The position numbers and the translations under genes were made by a program. The notes beneath the pieces were generated by a model that saw only the letters and a list, made by a program, of their open reading frames with translations, had not been told where the DNA came from and did not search any database. From Candidatus Gastranaerophilales bacterium (GTDB taxonomy: Bacteria; Cyanobacteriota; Vampirovibrionia; Gastranaerophilales; Gastranaerophilaceae), in the NCBI GenBank assembly GCA_944322615.1, contig CALUPH010000008.1:7003-71002 (forward strand): a stretch of 64,000 nucleotides of DNA, given 5' to 3'. This document shows, in pieces, positions 39,306 to 47,716 of the stretch (the first letter of the stretch is position 1; every line of letters begins with the position of its first letter).

Positions 39306-40608
39306 TGTATCAGGAAAAAATGTTTCTTTAAATGGTAAAGCAAGAGCTCAAGTTAATAATTCTGCTGTTACTGCAAATGAAGATGTAAATATAGAATCTG
39401 AAGAGTTAGCTTGGACTGAAAAAGCAGAAATTAATGCAGGAAAAGATATTAATGTTAAAGCTACAAAGGGTTCTTTGTTGTTAAATAATTCATTGATGGC
39501 TGCTAAAAATAATATTAACTTGTCATCTAAAGATTCTGTATCTTCACAAAAATTGGCAGGTACTACATTTACAGCTGACAAAGATGTTAATGTGGAATCA
39601 ACAGAGGACAGTGTAATATTAACAAGTACATCTCAGTTCCAACCTAAAGCTTCTTTGAATTTGAATGCAGCAAAGAATGTTGAAATTAATTCAAAAGGAG
39701 ACTTAACAACTGAAAAAACAAACATTACTGCCGGTGAAAATGTTTTCTTAACATCTGCTGAAGGTTCAGTAAATGTTAAGGATAGCACAAAATTCTTATC
39801 TGGTAAAAAAGTATATATTCAAGGTGCAAATGATGTTAGTACAACAGGCACTGTTGATATGAATAATATTCAAACAAATATTCAAGCTGGCAATGATGTC
39901 GATGTTAATTTGGCAAATGTTGGAAACAGACAAAATGGTTTAATTGCAAAAGCTGGTCATAATATGACAGTTACAACAGACGGCACTTTATCAGTATCAA
40001 GTTTGATTTCAGGTAATGATATGACTCTTAATGCCAATAAAGTAATTGCAGGTCTTCCATATACTGATGAGACAAAATTACCTGAAGATACAGTAAGTGA
40101 ACGTTCATATATTGAAGTAGGCGGTGAGTTTACATCAAATGTTGCAAATGATAATTATGAAATCACAGCATCTGGTGAACCTACTAATGATGGTAAATAT
40201 AACCAAAAACATCATATTCAATACGGCGAAGATGAAAAAATATTATTGGTAAACAAAAGACCAAGAGATAATAATGTAACAGATCCTGATTTGGGCGATA
40301 ATGACAATGGTAATGAAATAGATCCAATAAAACCTGGAGATATTCCAACTGATCCGGATCCTTCAGAACCTGGCGACGGTGGTAACACTGGTGATGGTGG
40401 AGATGGCGGTAACACTGGCGACGGTGGTAACACCGGTGACGGCGGTGATGGCGGTAACACTGGTGACGGTGGCAATACAGGTGATGGCGAAGGCTGTGAT
40501 GATACTCCAAACGGAGATAATGTAGAAAACGAACAAACTCCTGGCTTATTATCAACTGGCGATTTGTTAAAATATTCAGTTCAAACAAATGATAAAAAAC
40601 AATTCTAA
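38158..40608 (+). CDS. TpsA-type exoprotein 1 (haemagglutination-activity/TPS domain, beta-helix repeats, Gly/Asp-rich tail)
   Basis: Signal peptide MRKLLSAAVAFGVLASTSLMPIAYA. TPS-domain motifs WNDFNVG, ALNKV, ILINPNGVLFG. GGAGA RBS before the ATG at 38158 (the track start at 38074 is a GTG extension). Confidence 0.85.
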   Translation: MRKLLSAAVAFGVLASTSLMPIAYADVAVNALPSLDNAINANVTTNGSNMNIQIQGGQGSLGSLQWNDFNVGKDASVNYEFTAHNQTALNKVNATGGISQIYGQITTSGCAGCGYDATGKVILINPNGVLFGDGANVNLNSFTVSTMDGEYDNVNHQLQLNKGADQSDFGIVVENGAKVHGDKNVTFASNNITLYNGSKISTNVGPNVADTSYGKVKLVTADGVNFSYYNNGAIKEISDIKGSTDKMFISINGDIQSGNIDVRNYSTNEASEINLKGATLKATKAVKGNDGNIWLTASNKIVAEDTTFETANYSDEAASREGGNVRFLAGKKVSVGTSKINSVGNVDVTSQYYDVVLDKTEVAAAKDVNVKAANIASIQNGSNVSGKNVSLNGKARAQVNNSAVTANEDVNIESEELAWTEKAEINAGKDINVKATKGSLLLNNSLMAAKNNINLSSKDSVSSQKLAGTTFTADKDVNVESTEDSVILTSTSQFQPKASLNLNAAKNVEINSKGDLTTEKTNITAGENVFLTSAEGSVNVKDSTKFLSGKKVYIQGANDVSTTGTVDMNNIQTNIQAGNDVDVNLANVGNRQNGLIAKAGHNMTVTTDGTLSVSSLISGNDMTLNANKVIAGLPYTDETKLPEDTVSERSYIEVGGEFTSNVANDNYEITASGEPTNDGKYNQKHHIQYGEDEKILLVNKRPRDNNVTDPDLGDNDNGNEIDPIKPGDIPTDPDPSEPGDGGNTGDGGDGGNTGDGGNTGDGGDGGNTGDGGNTGDGEGCDDTPNGDNVENEQTPGLLSTGDLLKYSVQTNDKKQF
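40372..40494 (+). repeat. In-frame tandem repeat encoding (GDGGNT)/(GDGGDGGNT) units
   Basis: PGDGGNTGDGGDGGNTGDGGNTGDGGDGGNTGDGGNTGDGEG. An 18-nt unit nested in a 45-nt higher-order unit, locally GC-rich. It creates spurious antisense ORFs. Confidence 0.9.
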
Positions 40609-40630
40609 TTACTGAATTTTAGTTTGTTTT

Positions 40631-40669
40631 AAAAACAGAGAAAATAATAAAAATTTTCTCTGTTTTTTT
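40631..40669 (+). terminator. Rho-independent terminator after tpsA1
   Basis: CAGAGAAAAT / ATTTTCTCTG 10-bp stem with a 7-nt loop, followed by T7. Confidence 0.7.
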
Positions 40670-40910
40670 GTGTAACAAATTATTAATAAAACTATATTAA
40701 TTTGTAAATTTATCAGACTAAAAGTTTTTTATATAGTATATATAGTTATAGAATTTTAAGAGAGATTTTAATTTAAATACAGTAAAAATTTGTAACAATA
40801 AAAAATAAATTGTAAACAATTTTAATGTATTTAGCAATTTTTTTTTTTAGAGTACTTACAATTAGTATAAAAGAAGAATTATTAACATGAAAAATAAAGG
40901 AAAGAAGAAA

Positions 40911-42055
40911 ATGAAAAAACTTTTAAGCACAACAATCGCGGTAGGTATTTTCGCTTCAATGAGTATTGCTCCTGTATTTGCTGATGTTTCAGCTAATGCA
41001 TTACCAAATCTTAATAATGCAATAAATGCAGATGTAACAACAAACGGTTCAAATATGAACATTCAAATCCAAGGCGGACAAGGTAGTCTTGGAACATTGC
41101 ATTGGAATGATTTTAACGTAGGAAAAGATGCAAGTGTAAATTATGAATTTTCTGCACATAACCAAACAGCATTAAATAAAGTTGATGCAACTGGTGGTAT
41201 TTCTCAAATATATGGTAAAATTACTACTTCAGGATGTGCAGGTTGCGGTTATGACGCTACAGGTAAAGTTATCTTAATCAACCCAAATGGCGTTTTATTT
41301 GGAGATGGCGCAAATGTTAATTTGAATTCATTCACAGTATCTACAATGGATGGTGAATATGACAGTACTACAAATCAACTTCATTTGAACAAAGGTTCTA
41401 ATCAAAGTGATTTTGGTATTGTAGTTGAAAATGGTGCAACAGTTCATGGCGATAAGAACGTGACATTTGCATCAAATAATATCACTTTATACAATGGTTC
41501 AAAAATTTCAACAAATGTAGGTCCTAATGTTGGAGATACATCTTATGGTAAAATCAAATTGGTTACTGCAGATGGTGTAAATTTCACATATTACAATAAT
41601 GGTGCAGTAAAAGAAATTTCTGATATCCAAGGTTCTACTGATAAAATGTTTATTTCTATCAATGGTGATTTAAAAGCCGGAAATATTGATGTAAGAAATT
41701 ATTCAACTAATGAAGCAAGTGAAATAAACTTAAAAGGTGCTACATTAAAAGCTACAAAAGCTGTAGAAGGAAATGACGGAAATATTTGGTTAACAGCATC
41801 AAACAAAATTGTAGCAGAAGATACAACATTTGAAACAGCAAATTATTCTGATGAAGCAGCATCAAGAGAAGGCGGCAATGTAAGATTTTTAGCCGGTAAA
41901 AAAGTTTCAGTAGGAACAAGCAAAATCAATTCTGTAGGAAATGTTGATGTTACTTCTCAATATTATGATGTAGTATTAGACAAGACAGAAGTAGCAGCAG
42001 CTAAAGACGTAAATGTAAAAGCTGCAAACATTGCTTCAATTCAAAATGGTTCAAA
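40911..42055 (+). repeat. Duplicated tpsA 5' segment, copy 2
   Basis: See copy 1 at 38158-39305. Confidence 0.85.
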
Positions 42056-42761
42056 AGTAAAAGCTAAAAATATTAAAGTTAAATCTGATAAAGATGCTTG
42101 GGCTTCTAATTCAAGCTTGGATGCTGATTTAATCACCATTGAAGGTGGTAATGATGTTGTAGCATACAATGTTGATTTGAATAATAAGAAGACTGTAATT
42201 AATGCAGGTAATGATGTTGATATCAATGTTAAAAATGTTGGTGAAAGACAAAATGGTTTAATTGCAAAAGCCGGTCACGATATGAAAATTAAAACTGATG
42301 GTGCGTTATCTGTTTCAAGCTTAATTTCAGGTAATGATATGACTATCGATGCAAAAGAAGTTATTTCAGGTTATGATAAAACTTCAAACATCCTTAGAGA
42401 AGAAGGTGACAGTGCAGATCGTGCATACATTGAAGTTGGCGGTAAATTTACATCAAATCCTTCTTATGAAGTTACTGATTCTGCAGACTTAACTGCTGAT
42501 GGTAAATATAATCAAAGACATCATATTCAATATGGTGATGGTTCAGAAAAAATCTTGTTAGTTACAAAACTTCCTTATACTCCACCAATTGATCCAAACG
42601 TACCGGAAGTTGAAGACGATCAAGCAACAATGTTAAACAAATTACCAAGACAACCTGAAGTATTCAACAATACAACAGTAATAAACGATGGAAGAACAAC
42701 TTTTGTGGATGTATTCGCTGCAGCTAGTCAAATAGAAATTGTTGAAGACGAAGAAGAATAA
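40911..42761 (+). CDS. TpsA-type exoprotein 2 (paralog of tpsA1 with a different central cassette and C-terminal tail)
   Basis: Signal peptide MKKLLSTTIAVGIFASMSIAPVFA and the same TPS motifs. AAAGGAAAG RBS before the ATG at 40911. Confidence 0.85.
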   Translation: MKKLLSTTIAVGIFASMSIAPVFADVSANALPNLNNAINADVTTNGSNMNIQIQGGQGSLGTLHWNDFNVGKDASVNYEFSAHNQTALNKVDATGGISQIYGKITTSGCAGCGYDATGKVILINPNGVLFGDGANVNLNSFTVSTMDGEYDSTTNQLHLNKGSNQSDFGIVVENGATVHGDKNVTFASNNITLYNGSKISTNVGPNVGDTSYGKIKLVTADGVNFTYYNNGAVKEISDIQGSTDKMFISINGDLKAGNIDVRNYSTNEASEINLKGATLKATKAVEGNDGNIWLTASNKIVAEDTTFETANYSDEAASREGGNVRFLAGKKVSVGTSKINSVGNVDVTSQYYDVVLDKTEVAAAKDVNVKAANIASIQNGSKVKAKNIKVKSDKDAWASNSSLDADLITIEGGNDVVAYNVDLNNKKTVINAGNDVDINVKNVGERQNGLIAKAGHDMKIKTDGALSVSSLISGNDMTIDAKEVISGYDKTSNILREEGDSADRAYIEVGGKFTSNPSYEVTDSADLTADGKYNQRHHIQYGDGSEKILLVTKLPYTPPIDPNVPEVEDDQATMLNKLPRQPEVFNNTTVINDGRTTFVDVFAAASQIEIVEDEEE

Positions 42762-42783
42762 AAAATAAATAATTAAAAATAGT

Positions 42784-42811
42784 AAAAAGGAGCTTTAAAA
42801 GGCTCCTTTTT
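42784..42811 (+). terminator. Rho-independent terminator after tpsA2
   Basis: AAAAAGGAGC / GCTCCTTTTT stem with an 8-nt loop and a T-run. Confidence 0.65.
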
Positions 42812-42873
42812 ATTTGACTTCATCGTTTATATTAATATAACATATAATAAGTATTAAGAGGTGTTTTGGTTTT

Positions 42874-44622
42874 ATGAATTTAAAATTATGTTGTTTAATT
42901 ATGATACTTACAATTGGTTCTTCTGCTTTTGCTGATGCGATAATAAATCGCAGTCCAACTAGAAGTAGTGCAATACAAAATTCAAGTATTATATTTAGTA
43001 ATTATGATAGCATTTATAAAGACGAGTCTTATAATCCTGCAATTAAAGAAATACAAGACAAAATAAAGAAAAATCCAAATGATTATATTTTATATGTTTC
43101 ATTAGTCGATTTATATATAAAATCAAAAGATTATGATAATGCATATAATGAATTAGTATTCCTGGCAAATTTAGCAAGGCAAAATAAATTAAATTCAACA
43201 GTAATGAATTATGTAAATACCGTGTATGAACATAATAAAAAGTCTGCAAAATATTCAAGAAACAAAGGACCACTTTGCTTAGATTTGTCTTTATTGGCAT
43301 TTATATTAGATGATAAAGAGAGTGCTGAGTCATATATAAATATAGCCTCTAATTATTCATTGAATTCTAATTTATTATCAAATACTCTTAAAATAATTTT
43401 TGATAGCACAGGAAATTTAGAAAAAGCGGTATCTGTATGTGGAAAAGTGATTCTTAAAAATCCAAATGATATTGATTTACGAAAACTGAAAGCCTCATAT
43501 CTTGTTCAAAGTCAGAATTTTGATGCAGCTATTATTGAATATGCAAGTATATTAGATATAAATCCAAATGATGAGGATTCAAAATATTCAATATATAATT
43601 TATTATCACAAAAAGGTGCAGATGAAAAAGAGATAATTAAACAAATATATAAAACAGATAAACCGAATTATGAAATTGTATATTCAGAATTTGCAGATAT
43701 GCTATTAAACAGAGAAGACTTTGATGCTGCTGAACATTACGCTGATATTTTAGTTAATAGTTTTCCAAATAATGCAAAGGGATATATTTTATTATCTGAA
43801 ATTTATATGAAAAAGGGAAAACTTAGAGAGTCTTATGATGTTTTAACAAAAGCAAGAGACAAAGCTGATAGTAATGAATTAATTGCAAAATATAATGTTT
43901 TGCTGGCAAAGTTGTCTGATGAACCTGTAAAAGAGGCAAATTCCTTAATTTCTGCAGGATTATATCAACAGGCACTTGATGTTTTAGACAGCGCAAGCCA
44001 AGAAAATTTATATGTTATATTAACTCAGGCAAGAGCTAATTATCTTTTGAATAATAAGCAGGCAACTTTTGAACTTTTAAATAAATCAATGATTTTATAT
44101 CCAAAAAATTCAGATGTTTATTGTGCTTTTGGTTACATATATTTGCAAGAAAATGATTTAGAAAGTGCAAGAAAGTATGTTAATAATTCATTAAAGATAA
44201 ATCCAAAAAATAAAACAGCTTTAGACTTACAAGATTTACTTAATAGTGCAGAATCACAGAAGTATATAAGTTCAATAATTTCTTCTTACGAAGCCCAAAA
44301 TTATACAGAATCTATGCGATTGGTTGATGAAGCACTTAAAATAAATAAAAAAGATTCTACCTTATATTTTTATAAAGCATTAAACTATATAGCACAAAAT
44401 AATTATGCAGCTTCTACTGCACATTTATATAAATGTTTGGAACTGGATAAAAATAATATACAGGTTTATTTTTATTTAGGGCTTGCTTTTGATAATTTAT
44501 CCGAGTCTGAAAATGCTTTGACGTACTATAGAAAGTTTATAGAATTATTGCCAAAAGATGATTATGGTGAAAGTGAAAAACTTGATTATGCAAAAGCCCG
44601 TATAAGTAAATTGCAAAATTGA
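42874..44622 (+). CDS. Secreted TPR-repeat protein
   Basis: Signal peptide MNLKLCCLIMILTIGSSAFA, then many 34-aa TPR-like repeats (Y..A...Y...L..NP pattern). Confidence 0.8.
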   Translation: MNLKLCCLIMILTIGSSAFADAIINRSPTRSSAIQNSSIIFSNYDSIYKDESYNPAIKEIQDKIKKNPNDYILYVSLVDLYIKSKDYDNAYNELVFLANLARQNKLNSTVMNYVNTVYEHNKKSAKYSRNKGPLCLDLSLLAFILDDKESAESYINIASNYSLNSNLLSNTLKIIFDSTGNLEKAVSVCGKVILKNPNDIDLRKLKASYLVQSQNFDAAIIEYASILDINPNDEDSKYSIYNLLSQKGADEKEIIKQIYKTDKPNYEIVYSEFADMLLNREDFDAAEHYADILVNSFPNNAKGYILLSEIYMKKGKLRESYDVLTKARDKADSNELIAKYNVLLAKLSDEPVKEANSLISAGLYQQALDVLDSASQENLYVILTQARANYLLNNKQATFELLNKSMILYPKNSDVYCAFGYIYLQENDLESARKYVNNSLKINPKNKTALDLQDLLNSAESQKYISSIISSYEAQNYTESMRLVDEALKINKKDSTLYFYKALNYIAQNNYAASTAHLYKCLELDKNNIQVYFYLGLAFDNLSESENALTYYRKFIELLPKDDYGESEKLDYAKARISKLQN

Positions 44623-44683
44623 TTTATTTTTACAATCTTTGACATTTGTACACAAACATGTTCAACTTTGCTATTATGTAGTA

Positions 44684-44929
44684 ATGGATATCTTAAAGAC
44701 ATTTGAAATATTTTTATCAGCACCAATAAGTATAATTCATAAACGTAATATTAAAATTATGCATATTGAAACGAATATTTTTGCTCAAAAAATGCCTGTT
44801 GATATCAGTTTTGATGATGATATACAGTTGACCGTTTACAATAACAAAAAAGTATATAAATTACTATCCAGTGTCATATATAAGAAAAGATTAAAAGATG
44901 AAAATAACAAAAGCAAAGTTTCTTACTAG
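44684..44929 (+). CDS. Doubtful small ORF upstream of engB
   Basis: Only an open frame in an otherwise empty 275-bp gap. No clear RBS, and it overlaps the engB start. Confidence 0.2.
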   Translation: MDILKTFEIFLSAPISIIHKRNIKIMHIETNIFAQKMPVDISFDDDIQLTVYNNKKVYKLLSSVIYKKRLKDENNKSKVSY

Positions 44930-45479
44930 TGCACCTACCATAAAAGAATGTCTAGAACTTCAATTGCCCGAAATTGCATTAATTGGGCGTTCTAATGTAG
45001 GTAAGTCATCTTTTATTAATGCTCTTGTCAATATAAATGGACTTGCAAAAACAAGTAATACTCCCGGAAAGACAAAATTAATAAATTTATTTAATATTAA
45101 TGATGAATTTATTTTTGCTGATTTGCCGGGTTACGGATATGCAAAAGTTTCAGGGAAAGTTCAAAACCAATGGCAAAAAAGTTTAGAACAATATTTGTTA
45201 AAAAGAGAGTCTCTTGTTTCTTTGATTCAATTAATAGATTCAAGACACCCCATACAACAAAATGATTTGCAAATGGCGGAATGGATTAAATATAATAAAC
45301 TTCCTTGTTTTGTTGTTGCAACAAAAGTTGATCAAATTTCACGTTCTAAAATTCTAAATACTTGCAAGAGTTTTGAAAAAGAACTTGATTTACCTGTCTT
45401 TCCTTTCTGTAAAACAGAAAAATATTACAACCAAAAAATACTTGATAAAATTGATGAAATAATAAAATTATCCCACTAA
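44898..45479 (+). CDS. engB: Ribosome biogenesis GTPase YsxC/EngB
   Basis: KAKFLTSAP...PEIALIGRSNVGKSSFINAL G1 motif and DLPGYGYA G3 motif. Confidence 0.9.
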   Translation: MKITKAKFLTSAPTIKECLELQLPEIALIGRSNVGKSSFINALVNINGLAKTSNTPGKTKLINLFNINDEFIFADLPGYGYAKVSGKVQNQWQKSLEQYLLKRESLVSLIQLIDSRHPIQQNDLQMAEWIKYNKLPCFVVATKVDQISRSKILNTCKSFEKELDLPVFPFCKTEKYYNQKILDKIDEIIKLSH

Positions 45480-45868
45480 TTTTCTTTTGTATTTTCTAAA
45501 AAAGATTTAATACATTTTTGTATGCTGCTTGGTGTATTTAAATAAGAATTTATGTTTTTTGAAGTAATACTATTGCTTAGAGTATTTTCGTCAACATTAT
45601 CTATTGTATTTGTATTTTCATTTTCAATATCATAATTTTGAACAGTTGAAAATTCTCTTTTTCTTTTAAATATAAAAGCAATTATAAGAAATATAACAAG
45701 ACAAATAGCCATTGTTCCAAATGAAATTAGAGATTTAGAAGCAAAAGTTTCTATTTCTGATGGTTCAGAAACCGGAGGGGATGGAATTTCCACCCCCGTA
45801 TCAAATGATGGAATGTTAAGATTAAACATATCCTTATTATTTTCATTTATTTGAATTGATTCTTCCAT
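45476..45868 (-). CDS. Hypothetical single-pass membrane protein
   Basis: One central TM (GTMAICLVIFLIIAFIF) followed by basic residues; 130 aa. Confidence 0.5.
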   Translation of the reverse strand: MEESIQINENNKDMFNLNIPSFDTGVEIPSPPVSEPSEIETFASKSLISFGTMAICLVIFLIIAFIFKRKREFSTVQNYDIENENTNTIDNVDENTLSNSITSKNINSYLNTPSSIQKCIKSFLENTKEN

Positions 45869-45877
45869 TTATTATAT

Positions 45878-47689
45878 TTAACCTTCTATTGTTTTTTGTT
45901 TTCTTGGTTTTCTTCCCGGTTTTTTCTTTTTAGCTTCTATTTCTGTTTGATCTTTCTCTTCATTTTTTTCTTCTGTTATTGTTTCTTTTGTTTCTGTTTT
46001 TGTTTGTTTCTTTCTTCCGGAAGATTTTCTTTGTTTCTTTTCTTTTGGTTTTTCATTTTCTATTGGTTTTTCAATAGTATTTTCTTCAATTTTTTCTTTA
46101 TCAACAGTTGTTTCTTCAACAATTGGTAATTGTTCTTGAACTATTTTTATATCTTCTTTTATTTCTTCTTCAATAACTTTATTTTCGTTTTGTATAGTTG
46201 TTTGCTCTTGTTGTTCAGCTTTAGGCTGATTATTTCTGTTATTGAATTTATTGAAGTTCTTTCTTTGCTGATTAAATTGATTATTTTGTTGGTTTTGTTG
46301 ATTTGATTGATTTTGGTTATTATTATTGTTGTTGTTTTGTTCGTTTTCTAACAATGGATTGTTATTCGGATTGTTGAAAACCTTATTTTGTTTGTAGTTT
46401 GGTGTTTTATTTTTTATTTGTTGAGCCGGAATTTTAAGCTTTGCTGCTTTCGCTTTTATTTCGCCTTCTGCAACAGGAGCTGAGAAATTTAAATCGTCAG
46501 CTATATAACCGGTACCTTGGCAATGCGGACATTTTTTTCCAAATATTTCAGATAAACTTTGTCCTTGTCTGTGTCTTGTTAATTCTACCAAACCTAAGTC
46601 TGAAAGTTGACCGACTTGCGGTTTTGCCTTGTCTTTATCAAGTGCAATTTCAAGTTCTTCCATAATTGCGAGTTTATCACGTCTGTTGTTCATATCAATA
46701 AAGTCTACAATTACCATACCGCCGATATTTCTTAATCTTAACTGACGTGCTATCTCGTGTACTGCTTCAAGATTTGTTTTTACTATAGTTTCATCTTGTG
46801 TTGTTGAACTTACAAATTTACCGCTGTTTACGTCTATTACTGTGAGTGCTTCTGTTGTTTGTATAAATAAATAGCCTCCGCTTGGAAGATTTACTTTGGT
46901 TTGAAGTGCTGCTTTTATTTCTTTTACAATACCTGATGCTACAAGTAATGTTTCAGAACCTTTATATACATTTACGTCTATATTTTTATTCATATTCCAG
47001 TTTTGTAAAATTTGTTGGGTTCTATGAACTCCGTAAGAAGTATCTAAGATAATTTCATCAACATCTTCACTACAAGCTTCTCTCATAACTCTGTATAGCA
47101 GGTCTTGGTCTCTATATAATAAACTTGGTGCAGGTCTTGTTTCTGCTGCTGTAACAATAGTATTCCATTTTTCAAGAAGAATTTCCATATCTTCTTGAAT
47201 ATCAGCATCAGACTGTCCTTCTGCTTCTGTTCTTACTATAACTCCAATTCCTACAGGTTTTAAAAGACTTATAATAGATTTTAATCTTGCTCTTTCTTTT
47301 TGATTTACAATTTTTCTTGATACATTTATACCCGTTTCCTGTGGCATTAACACCAAAAATCTTCCGGGTAAACTAATCATTGTTGAAACTCTTGGCCCTT
47401 TATGTCCTACAGGTTCTTTTACAACTTGTACTATAATTTTTTGTTTAGGTGATAGTTTTTCTTTTAAAGTGCCTTTACCTATTGCGTCATGTGCGTGTAA
47501 AAAACCCATTTTATCGTAGCCTACATTTACAAATGCAGCATCAATACTTGGTAATATATTATCTACAGTAGCTAAATATACATCATTTAATAGCATATCG
47601 CCACGATGTACATAAAATTCACAAACTTTACCATCTTCAATTACTGCTGCAATATTATCTCTTTCTGCTACAACTATTGCTTTTGACAT
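45878..47689 (-). CDS. Ribonuclease E/G family endoribonuclease with N/Q-rich and K/E-rich C-terminal tail
   Basis: S1-like N-terminus, catalytic core (VIDVNSGKF, MVIVDFIDM), Zn-link CPHCQGTGY, then about 190 aa of low complexity. Confidence 0.9.
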   Translation of the reverse strand: MSKAIVVAERDNIAAVIEDGKVCEFYVHRGDMLLNDVYLATVDNILPSIDAAFVNVGYDKMGFLHAHDAIGKGTLKEKLSPKQKIIVQVVKEPVGHKGPRVSTMISLPGRFLVLMPQETGINVSRKIVNQKERARLKSIISLLKPVGIGVIVRTEAEGQSDADIQEDMEILLEKWNTIVTAAETRPAPSLLYRDQDLLYRVMREACSEDVDEIILDTSYGVHRTQQILQNWNMNKNIDVNVYKGSETLLVASGIVKEIKAALQTKVNLPSGGYLFIQTTEALTVIDVNSGKFVSSTTQDETIVKTNLEAVHEIARQLRLRNIGGMVIVDFIDMNNRRDKLAIMEELEIALDKDKAKPQVGQLSDLGLVELTRHRQGQSLSEIFGKKCPHCQGTGYIADDLNFSAPVAEGEIKAKAAKLKIPAQQIKNKTPNYKQNKVFNNPNNNPLLENEQNNNNNNNQNQSNQQNQQNNQFNQQRKNFNKFNNRNNQPKAEQQEQTTIQNENKVIEEEIKEDIKIVQEQLPIVEETTVDKEKIEENTIEKPIENEKPKEKKQRKSSGRKKQTKTETKETITEEKNEEKDQTEIEAKKKKPGRKPRKQKTIEG

Positions 47690-47716
47690 ACTTTTTCCTT
47701 TTCTAATTGTAAACTC

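Noticed and set aside
40372-40494. Short regular repeats considered as a possible CRISPR array
   Set aside because: The units are 18 nt, contiguous without spacers, in frame within a CDS, and encode a Gly/Asp repeat. There are no cas genes in the window.
40184-40588. Minus-strand ORFs (134 aa His/Arg/Tyr-rich and 85 aa Pro/Ser-rich) opposite the tpsA1 tail
   Set aside because: They are artefacts of the GC-rich GDGGNT tandem repeat, which removes stops on the opposite strand.
38158-42761. Contact-dependent inhibition (CdiA/CdiB) interpretation of the TPS locus
   Set aside because: The TpsA proteins are only about 600-800 aa. They show no VENN-type motif or recognisable toxin domain, and no small immunity-like ORF follows either gene: the 40609-40910 gap has no ORF and the gene after tpsA2 is a 582-aa TPR protein. 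The variable-tail architecture is reported as a finding, but the CDI label is not supported.
44639-44700. TTGACA followed by a GTAC...GTTC-containing stretch, considered as a promoter plus LexA box upstream of engB
   Set aside because: The half-sites are 8 nt apart rather than the 4 nt expected for LexA-type boxes. The segment is not a true palindrome, and there is no -10 element at the proper distance.
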